DNA from: Octopus vulgaris
Lineage: Eukaryota
Assembly: GCA_951406725.2 (NCBI GenBank)
Contig: OX597817.1
Location: 156,736,001-156,800,000 of the forward strand
Length of the DNA: 64,000 bases
Reading direction: 5' to 3'
Part shown: positions 1-11,300 of the stretch, piece by piece
Layout of the letters: every line of letters starts with the position of its first letter
Numbering within the stretch: the stretch's first letter is position 1
Notes under the pieces: model-generated
The model's input: only the letters and a program-made list of their open reading frames with translations
The model's database searches: none
What the model was told of the DNA's origin: nothing
Position numbers and translations under genes: made by a program

Positions 1-1084
1 TATATATATTAATGTTTTTGTTTCTTATTTTATTTTGATTTCTTCCAATTAAGGCTGTTTTATTCCCAGTCTGCACTGTGAAGCTTGTTTTTACTGCTAT
101 ACATGTGATATAAAGTATTGCATATATTTTATAAATATATATATATATATACACGTGTGTATATGTATGTATATATATATTTATATATATTTATATATAT
201 ATATATATATATAAACAAACTTGATAATCTTGTGTTATCGTGATATTCTTGTATGTTTATAATTAAATGTTTAGAGTATTCTGGAATGATATACCCATAA
301 AAAAGAAAATGATCTTCATTTGTTTTGTTTACCAAAATAGTTTCTTTGAGGCCTGAAGATCTGATCCCTTTTCAATACCTATAACTTAAATTCTTAAATT
401 ACTTTATATTTATATTGACTCCATCAAAATTCCTATTTACTAATCTTTACATTAGTAAATACTTTAAACCAAAAGTTGGCATCAACTGAGTAATTTATAC
501 ATCATATTCTTTTAGAAATTCCAAATTTTTACTATTTCACTTGAAAGATTTTTGGTATATCCAGGGTTCTCGTTGCATTAATGGTAATTAATAATTCTGA
601 TCAGAACATTTCATCATTAACCAGGTTAAAATGAACTTTTAATTAACTCTGATTTTTTTTTTCCCATTATTTAATCTTCTTAACTCTTTATTAATTATAA
701 TCCAGCATTTTCAATTTAAACTTATATACATATACTCTCACACATTGCTACACACAGATACAGAAAAACATACACAAATACATATAAATGTATATATAAT
801 ATATGTATCTATATGTGCGTGTGTATGGTTTTTTTTTTTTTTTTTTTTTGGTAATGTTCCATTTTCTCAATAATTCCTTTACAATAACTAATGTGTATTA
901 CTTAAAGCAAAACTCTGTAAACCATTTCCTTCTAATAACATTTCCAATTTACTCATCTTGAAATCTCTCCTTTTTAATGCTTGCATTTCGGATTGCTGTC
1001 GGATTTTTTTTTTTTTTTTTACCTACCTTTAATTGTAAAACAAACAAAAACAAAACTATTGACAAAAAAACAAACCCTTGATAG

Positions 1085-4000
1085 ATGATGAGAGTGAGGG
1101 TAAAACAAGATCAGTCGCTTCTATTATTCAAATGTTTGAGCAAACATCTGACACTGCTTTGCAAAGTTCAGCTACAGACATTGTTCGTGAAGTCCAGAAA
1201 TCAGCACAAGCAACGTTACGCAAAGAATCTCAGGAATTCGTAAAGCAAGACTCTTCTGAGTGGGTTGTCATTGACGACAGCGATCTTGATGGCTTTGATG
1301 CAGAAAAGGTGCCATCAGCCAATGGTACTTATGTTGAAACAGAAGATTCTGCTCCAAAGGTAGAAGAATGGGTAAAAGTCTCTGCTGTCAAAGAGAAATT
1401 TGAGGACAAAATTAAGAATGGCTCCATGTCTGAAAAAACTATTATACGTGAAGCCACCAAAGTTCACACAAGCACTTTAGCAAAACATAAATCTTCAGAG
1501 AAAGCTGATGATGTTGATCAACCTTACGGTGTCCCGGAACCGCCCGACGCCCACTTTAAGACTCCCTCAGATGATGAAAATCTTGAATTTTCTGAGAAAT
1601 TGAAAATGTTTACTGGTAAACATGCCCAAAATTATTATGTCACAACTCAACCTGATGAGTTATTAAGCTCTGATGAAGAAACACCAGACACTACCTCGAA
1701 AGGAAGTGAAAGGTCATACCAAACTGCATCTGAAACGAGTGAAATCCGATCTGAAACTGTAAAAGTGTCTTCTACAGGAGAGCAAAAAAGTGAAGTCGTT
1801 GAAGAACGACGCGAAAGCACTTCATCACTGATTGCCAAGTTTGAGGAAGCTACAACTCGTGAAAAGCCGTCAAAGAAAGAGGCCATGTCATTTGACAAGG
1901 ATAGCAAAGAAACAGTACAAAAAGAAGTGACAAAATCTTGGAAAACTGATTCTTCTCAAAGTGCAGTCCAGGAGATAAAGGAAAGTCACGTATTCCAAGA
2001 GAAAAAAGAAAGCATTTCTTCAGAAGGGGAAACTCCTGATTTGAAGGAATTTCCTAAAGAGAGTAAAGAAACTGTATCATCAGTTGAGAAGAGCTTCAAG
2101 ACTGAAACAACAGAAATGAAACAGAAAGTAGAATATTCTGTAGATGATGGCAAAGTAAAAGAGATCTTCACTTCTGAAGATAGCCAAATTTTATCATCTA
2201 AGACTTTGGACAAAACTATATCCTCACTTGATAAAGATATCTCACCTGAACTTAAGGATAAATCACCTTCACCAGAACCTCAGCTGAAATCACGCTTACA
2301 TGAGGCTAAAGAGAAAACTCCCTCACCAGAGCCCCAACTTAAGTCTCCTTCACCAGAGCCCCAACTTAAGTCTCCTTCACCAGAACCTAAAGAGAAAACT
2401 CCTTCACCAGAACCTAAAGAGAAATCTCCTTCACCAAAACCTAAAGATAAATCTCCTTCACCTCTTCAGCTAAAGTCAAAGTCTCCCTCACCAGAACCTA
2501 AAGAAAAGACTCCATCACCACCTCACATGAAATCAAAGTCTCCCTCGCCACCTCACCTAAAGTCAAAGTCTCCCTCACCAGAACCTAAAGATAAGTCTCC
2601 CTCACCATCTCACCTGAAGTCAAAGTCCCCTTCACCAGAACTTAAAGATAAGACTCCTTCACCAAAGTTACAACTTAAGTCTTCTTCACCAAAACCTAAA
2701 GATAAGTCCCCCTCACCACCTCACCTAAAGTCAAAGTCCCCCTCGCCACCTCACCTAAAGTCAAAATCTCCCTCGCCTGAACCTAAAGATAAGTCTCCCT
2801 CACCACTTCAGTTAAAGTCAAAATCTCCCTCACCAGAAGTTAAAGACAAGTCTCCTTCACCACTCCACTTTAAGTCAAAGAGTCCTTCACCAGATCTGAA
2901 AGAGAAGTCTCCATCACCACCTCACCTAAAATCAAAATCCCCTTCGCCATCTCACCTAAAGTCAAAATCTCCCTCACCAGAACTTAAAGATAAGTCTCCC
3001 TCACCACTTCAGTTAAAGTCAAAATCTCCCTCGCCTGAACCTAAAGATAAGTCTCCCTCACCACTTCAGTTAAAGTCAAAATCTCCCTCGCCTGAACTTA
3101 AAGATAAGTCTCCCTCACCACTTCAGTTAAAGTCAAAATCTCCCTCGCCTGAACTTAAAGATAAGTCTCCCTCACCACTTCAGTTAAAGTCAAAATCTCC
3201 CTCGCCTGAACTTAAAGATAAGTCTCCCTCACCACTTCAGTTAAAGTCAAAATCTCCCTCACCTGAACTTAAAGATAAGTCTCCCTCACCACTTCAGTTA
3301 AAGTCAAAATCTCCCTCACCTGAACCTAAAGATAAGTCTCCCTCACCACTTCGGTTAAAGTCAAAGTCTCCCTCACCTGAACCTAAAGAAAAGACTCCAT
3401 CACCACTTCGGTTAAAGTCAAAGTCTCCCTCACCAGAACCTAAAGACAAGTCTCTTTCACCACTCCACCTTAAGTCTAAGAGTCCTTCACCAGAACTTAA
3501 AGAGAAGACTCCATCACCACTTCGCCTAAAGTCAAAATCTCCCTCACCAGAACCTAAATCAAAGACTCCCTCACCACTTCAGCAAAAGTCAAAGTCTCCT
3601 TCACCAGAGATTAAAGATAAGGCTCCTTCACCACTTCACCTGAAGTCAAAGAGTCCTTCACCAGAAATTAAAGAGAAGACTCCATCACCACCCCACCTAA
3701 AGTCAAAGTCTCCCTCACCAGAACTTAAAGATAAGCCTCCCTCTCCACCTCACCTAAAGTCAAAGCTTCCCTCACCACCTCACCTGAAGTCAAAGTCTCC
3801 CTCACCAGAACCTAAAGGGAAGACTCCCTCACCAGAGCCTAAAGAGAAAACTCCATCACCACCACACATAAAGTCAAAGTCTCCCTCACCAGAACCTAAA
3901 GCTAAGTCACCCTCTCCACCACGTCTGAAATCAAAGTCTCCCTCACCAGAACCTAAAGAAAAGATTCTATCATCAAAGCCTCAACTCAAGTCTCCTTCAC

Positions 4001-7000
4001 CAGAACCACAGCTGAAAGCATCTTCCCCAGAGCCTCAGGCCTCTGAAATTTGTCCTAAGCCCTATGATGAAGAAGATTTTGAAATTATTGAGCAGGAGGA
4101 AATTTTGGAAGCCAAGATTTCCATAGAGCGCCAGACACCGTTCGAACCAGCTGCTATTGATCTTTCATCAACTGACAAGGTTTGTCCTCCAAAAGAACAC
4201 GGAGCTGAGCCACCAGATGATGGCCTTCAGACACAACTAGAAGAAGAACCTCACAAAGATACTGATTATGAAATCTCAAGGAGAGAAGTTTTTTTAGAAA
4301 AGGAATCTCGCAGTTTCTATACATCGAAGCCCGAGCCATCTAAAGACATAATCTCAAGCAAATTTGCTGACAAGGATGTGCACACCATTGTCTCCACAAC
4401 CTCTGTCAAGGAAGTGTCAACAACCATCTCTGAACACACAACCAAAGTAATTGAAGATGAAGATAAGGAAAGCACAACTATATCTAGTGAGAAAGATTTT
4501 CTTTCAAAAAACGAGATGCGATCTCCTGTATGTGATGACATACAGGAGAGTAAAGTAGTGGAAAGTGTACCTGCTGACAGTGTTGAGGTTTCACCTGTGG
4601 AGCAAAAAATTACTAGAAAATCATCGTCTGGTGAACTGTTTGAGATCTCTCGACAGGAAGAAAAAATGATTATAGACTCTCCAGAGAAACTAGAAATTCA
4701 TGAGTGGCAGACTCCAGCACCAGAAGCTACTGAACGATTTGACAGACAGGCTGAATCTATGTCTGATGAGAGTTTAGTAGAGGTTCAGCTGGATGCTTTA
4801 AAGGAAGATATTAGAGAAAAAGTGCTTGAAGAAACCCAAGAAAGAGCCGTCAAACGATTACAACAATTACAGGATGTTTCAGATGAGGAATCAGATGAAA
4901 TATTTACTCACACTGATCAAAGAACAAAAGAGGAATTCACTGAGAGGTCATATGAGGACTCCAAGAAAAAGGTATCCTCGACAGAGTCACCGGGATTATC
5001 ACCAACAGCAGACCATCTTAAAAAAGATCTGGGTGACCGAACAGAGATAACTTATGAATTCCCTGTACAAGAAGACTTGTCTTCAGATGAAGGATCCAAA
5101 GGTAGTTCTCTGGAAATGTTCCTGACACATGAAAAGAGCTGTCAGGAGGAAGAAGAAGAAGAAAAGTATACTTCACCCAAAGATCAAACCTCCGTTACTC
5201 ATGAACAACGTATTTCCACAGTAACATCAGAATATAAAACATCAAGTACATCTGAAATGATAGAAGAAAGTATCAGCAAAGAAGAGAAATCTGTGTATTC
5301 AAGTAAAATCTCCCAAGAATACCGTGTAGAAGATGAGCAGGACATGACATCTGATGAGGAAACATCTGAAGAAATCCAGGAAACTGATACCTCAAAGAAA
5401 ACAGCACCTCAGTTTAGTTCCATTCTGTCAGAGGAAGCTACTTATTTTGAAATCAGCAGGCAAGAGCAGTTCATGACAGTTGCCTCACCTGAAAAAATTG
5501 AATATAAAACACCGGCCAAAAGCGATGGTCTTAGTTTTAGTGCCGATCCTTTTTTAGTATCTAGTGCCTTGGCACATGAAACATCGGTGGAGAGTATTAG
5601 AAGCATTCCCAAAGCGGAATCTCCCCTAACTGAGCAATCTCCAAAACATGTAGCCAAGGATGACACTTCTGACCGAACTGAGGAGAAATATTCTGTTGAT
5701 CTTGCTGCTTTACAAGCAGAGTCTGATGCTAAGTTTAAAGAAACTTCGCCTCACGACTTCCAAGAAGAGAAATATCTATCGAGTGATGATGAGAGCGATG
5801 ATGATGATCATGATGATGTTGACATAATGACAGAAATGGATTATATGTCTAAATCTCAGAGTATAGATGTCACAGATGAAATGGAGAAAAGATCTGAAGA
5901 TATTACAGATAGTGGCTTTAAAAGTGGAGCAGATGATGATCTATCGAGGAGGAGTACTGACAAAGATCAAGTAGACTTTACAAAATCATTTCCTTTTCAA
6001 ACATCAGAGGAACAACTTGTTAAAGAAGAGATCTCTAACAAAGAAGTAAGGAACGAGAGTTTCAAACAAGAAACTCGAGTTCAAGAAACTACAGTTCATG
6101 AAGGCTCTATTGAGGAACGTAAAGTTCTTGACGACATAACTCCCAGCAAATTCACATCAGAATCAAAGATTATTGAAGATGTGAAAGTAAAGAGATCAGA
6201 AACCGCAACAACAGAGGAGAGTACTACCCGATCGACCACTGTCGGTGATGAAATTCAATCAATCAAAGATGAAACTCGTTCAGTGAAACAAAAAGATGTA
6301 GAGTCTGAGAGTAAAAGGGAACAGGCAACTGTAGAAGATGAGTTTCAAAAGGAAACAACTGAAGAATTAACAACTAAAGATGCCCTCAAAATGCATAGTG
6401 AACTGACTGAAGGGAAATCTCAGACTTTTGAAGAAGATGGCACCAAGATAGAAATAAGTCAAGAAAAGTCATCTGTATGTGATAAGTCATTTGAAGAAGA
6501 GATTGGGAAACAGCAGTATGAAAAAGAATCGAAAGACGGAGAAATTCAGAAAATTGAAGATTTGGAACAGAAACTGACTGAGAAAGATTCTAAACTGGAA
6601 ATTGTCACTGATACTGTCAGCAGAGAAGATGATTTCCAGAAAGAAATTAAAAAAGAAGTAGCTGTAAAGGATGAGTCCAAGCTGAGCATGACAATCACCG
6701 ATGACTTGATGGAAATTGATAAAACAGACAAAAAGTTCAAATCTCAAACATCTGAAATTGAGGAGAACGTACAACATGAAGACACTTTTCACAAAGAAGT
6801 GGTTGAATTAAAAGAACCTGAAACAGCTAGAGTTCTTGAAGTAATTGAAGGAGAAGATTCTGGGGGTGAGAGCGACCATTCTTTCATTGAACATAGTGAT
6901 GAGGAGAACGAACAAATGGAGGCTTTAACAAGGAGTGGTCATTTAATGACCTCAACAAGAATGGAAGATCTTGTTGAAGAAGAAGTTGATGAGACTGAAG

Positions 7001-8197
7001 CTGAAGACCAGTTTATTGACAGACGAGAATATTTTGAACATCAACAAAGGGACACGATTGACTTCAGAATTGTTCAGAGAAATGGTGGGCCTGATTTTAA
7101 TGCCACCGACAGGTTTCCTCCTTTACACCCAGACAAAGACGTAACATCAGTTCGGAAAGGTACACTGAAAGACAGTGATATCCCTTCAAAGAGCCAACAA
7201 CCTGTTCAACCCCAAGAAGATCAGATTCCTTTTTTAGGGAAACAGGAAACAGTCCAGGAAATAACCGACACTAAAACCAGCACATTGACCAATGAGAAAT
7301 CAACTATTGGACAGAGTACTGGGCTGTTTCCATCTGAATCTCTAAAAGAAACCGAGAAAGTGTCACACAAGATTGCTACTGATAAAGTGAATTTCACTGA
7401 AGATTTCACTTCATACAACTCCCACATAACTGATGACTATACGAATTACTCCTCTGACTTCTCCTCTTATCACCGTGATGGAAGTGGTTTGGGTGCCCGT
7501 AACATCCTTGTCCCATCTTCTTCCACCGAAGCACAGGAACGTTCAGCTACTCCCAGTGCCAGCGATGATGATGACAGTTCTGGTGAGTACTATTCAACTG
7601 AACGCATCAAAAAACTGAGGGCAATTGATCAAATGACCGAGAGTATTGAGTACCCATTAAAAGACAAGACCGACAAAGACAGCAATGGCAGACCCCTGTC
7701 ACCCACTGAATACACACTCATGACTGAATCCCAATTGGAACTTCATGAGGCACTTCAGTCTGTGGTTGACGATCAAGACATAATGACTCAGTCGATGATC
7801 GAGTCCCATGAATCATTGACCCAATCAATGATTGACCCGATGACACAATCCCAAATCGGAGAAGAGTTCAGACGTTCGCTTGATTCACAGTCTGACATCG
7901 ATAGTAGAATGAGCATTGAATTAAGCAGAGAAGCTGAACTTGAACAAGAGGAGTCTGACCTGAAAAAGGATGAAGAGAGACCTCCATCACCATCAGAATT
8001 CACACTATTAACATCCCTTGAGCAGGAAGAACTTGCCAAAGCTCTCGGGTTACAGGATAATGGTTTAACAGCAGTTGAGATTGAAGATGAGTATGAATCA
8101 GTAGATAAAGACCGAGATGAAACTAGTCAACAGCTTGCTCAACAGCCATCCGCTCCCACACGAGATGATCAGTTCACCGCAGATGCTGATCTAAAAG
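1085..8197 (+). CDS. Giant coding exon A (7,113 nt, phase 1-1): acidic disordered region with KSPSP array and LIR-like motifs
   Basis: Lies in uninterrupted ORF 1078-8226; acceptor ttgatag|AT (AG 1083-1084); donor AAAG|gtatat at 8197/8198; length divisible by 3; composition shifts to intronic at both ends. Confidence 0.88.
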
Positions 8198-8340
8198 GTA
8201 TATTTCACTTTGATTCTATTTATTAGTTAGGTACCATATTGCAGTAATCTTAAATGATAACACACACACACACACACACATATACACAAGCAGTTTTACA
8301 CTTGCTCTCCAATCAGAAATGTTATTAGTAAAGAAACAAC

Positions 8341-8373
<33 letters not shown>

Positions 8374-11300
8374 GGCAAGCTGGCAGAATTGTTAGCATGC
8401 CACACATAATGCTTAGTGGCATTTTATCCAGCTTTACATTCTGAGTTCAAATTCTACTGAGGTCTACTTTGCCTTTCATCCTTTTGAGATTGATAAAATA
8501 AGTACCAGTTGAGCACTGGGGTCGATGTAATCGACTAGCCCTCTTCCCTAAAATTTCAGACCTTGTACCTATAGTTATTATTATTATAGTTTGACTTTCA
8601 TACTGGAGAGTCGCCACTTAGTCTTCATTGTGATTTTTAATCATTATTATTGTTATTATTATTGTTGTTGTTGTTGTTATTGATGAGTGCCACAAAGCGT
8701 AGTCTAGACATAAATTTTCTGTGAACCTAGACAGTGACCCAGTCTCAATACTTTGTTGTAAATATATCATGTACATTCTTTTACTAGTTCCAGCTAGTAA
8801 GCAGTGGCCCTGTTGGGACATTGCCACTCTGTCACTATTGCTTTTTAGAGAGGTATGACTATCACAGCTTCTCATTTCTCCTTGCTTTACAATTTTAGAT
8901 TTAATATCTGCATAAAAAAAAAAAGAAACCATTATTTTTAGCATTGTTAACATTGTGGAGACTAGTGGCAGTTAAAATTTCAACAAATAAATTTTAAATG
9001 TTTCATCTCAATTTTAATCCTTAGTTGGGGCTTATTTTAAGTTGGTAATATCCTTTTGAAAAGTATAAACAGGACAACTTCCAGTTACCTTTCCCAATCT
9101 CCATCCTATAAATTTCTAGTTTTGTGTATAAATTGGCAAATGTTTCATTGGCTTGTAAAAATGTGTTCAGACTTTGTCTTGGAGACTGTCTCCACAAAGT
9201 TGAACCACCTATTGACTACACTATACAGAGATGAGCCACTGAGGGAGTTTATACATGATCACTCGACCTGTCAGAAATAGCAGCCAAATTACATACAAAT
9301 CATATCTACCATTCCAAATAAGGACACAGATGATGATGTCCTATATACCCACAAAAAATTGGATGGTCATGGTTGGAATACCTTTGATCATAGGAATGAT
9401 CTTCTCTACTAATGCTGCAGAGCAATGTGTTGCAGAAACTATTATATAATTAGTGTAGAATTATTATATAACTATTATATAACTAGTGTAGAATTAAAGG
9501 TTGCTGGTTCAAATTCTGTATGGAACTACGTATACACCCTGTAATTAAATAACTGATTATGATGGCTTTGAAATCAAATGAATTATAGTGTAATTATAAA
9601 TATAGCAAATATACATTCTCAGGATAAGATTAAAGTTTCAGAGGATTATATTCTTAGTAAATGCTCTCAGTTTTGAAATCTATGTAAAATATAGATAGTG
9701 AAGTAATGACAAGATAAAGCTGATAAAGTATAGTTCCACAGCTCATGGGTTTTTTTTTTTTTTGGTTTTTCTTTGTTTTGTTTTGTTTGTTTTTTTTGTA
9801 GTGGGGATGAGGGTCCTACCTCTTCTCTGACTGATGTAGTTGATGTTAACTTCTTTAGATAGATGTATTTAAGGGAAATTTAAACAGAGGGAGATCCTGA
9901 GAGCTGTAATCCTGGGGAGAATTGGTTATGGAAATTTTTATTATTTTTTTTAGTTCAGGTATAAGGCACAGTAGGGATAGGTGAATTGGATTAGTTTCAA
10001 TTGGATTAGTAATGCAGCTTTCTAGTTCAGAGAAGCAGGAACTGTTATAGTAGTGGTAGAAGAGACAGTTGGATGATACAGTGCAACACTGACTACTTGT
10101 AGAGATGTTATCTAAGTACCACATTTACCATATAAGTAATTGATGTATAAAAGTAGGAGGTGTTCTGTAAGTACTACAACTATAAACTAGACATGAGAAG
10201 GGCCGATTTGAAGTGGCACTGTGAGATATACAGTGGTGGAACAGCTTACCAAATGTAATGAAACCCCTACTACTAAGTTGTAGGGACTCCTGATGACTTG
10301 CTACCCTTAGGTGCTATATCATATTGAATCTGCACATCCAAACAGCCAGGTGTGTAGATTGTTTCCCCAAAACATTCAGGTGAATGTTACACCTATTCTA
10401 ACATACAGTGTTGATTGAAATGGTTGACCATTGATTTTGTGGGTGAAACGGAGGTCTTTAACCTGGTACCTACTAACAGTTCCTTCCTTTGCTTGGCAGA
10501 CAATCTGCTGCATGAGCATGGCACTAGAAATTTGTTGTTTGCTGATTCTGTTGTAATGTTTACCAATTCTCACATGATTTATTCCTACTAAGCTGATATA
10601 TATATTTTTAGTTGTTGTTTTTTGTTGTTTTATTTTATTTTTCTTCCGTTCCTATTTTGAATTTTCTGGACCTGGTATGAGAACTAAATGAGGACATTTT
10701 GATATATCAGGGGATTGGAAAGGCTTTGAGGAACATATCTGACTCATACACTCACACATACTCACCTGTGTACTCTGGAAGAAAAAAAAAATGTTTAGGT
10801 CACCTTATAAGTCATTCATACCATGTATGTATGTGTGTGTATGAGAGGAAGAGAAATATTTAGGCTGAGTAAATTCTCTGTTTGTATGATAAATGTGTCA
10901 AACTGTGGCTTAATGTTAAGAGAAATCGTGCTATAGCCTTGTGCTGGAATTGGAATGGGTCATCTGGAGAAGTCAACCTGCCATTGACTTACGCTCTATC
11001 CGAAGAACAAAGATTTCGTCTTTCACTTGCTGAACAATAAAAACTGCAAAGAAAAGAATTTGTCTTCAGGAAGTCATGTTAGATTGCAAAACAGGATAAT
11101 GGAAAAGAACGGAATTCCACCTACCTTGTACACACCCAAGAAAAATGAAAGGTCGTATTCTTACTAAGCAAGTTTTCATCATTGGAGAAATATTGAATCA
11201 CCACCTCTTGGAAGGCTAACCTTTTGTAAAAACAGTGGAACAAACATTATGAAATTTTTGCCGAAAACTGGAAGATATACTGTTTTTGCCTGGTCAGTGG

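Noticed and set aside
2245-4038. CRISPR-like or prokaryotic repeat array
   Set aside because: The repeats are contiguous, in frame and lack unique spacers; the context is eukaryotic and spliced.
1647-8039. Many short antisense and alternate-frame ORFs inside the giant exons (also 29799-38444)
   Set aside because: Expected shadows of long, codon-biased coding sequence.
1078-8226. Treating ORFs 1078-8226 and 29342-38575 as stand-alone single-exon genes (neurofilament, MAP1B/futsch, titin or mucin)
   Set aside because: Both have phase-compatible splice sites at their edges; no IF rod, MAP1 conserved domain, Ig/Fn3 domain or signal peptide is seen.
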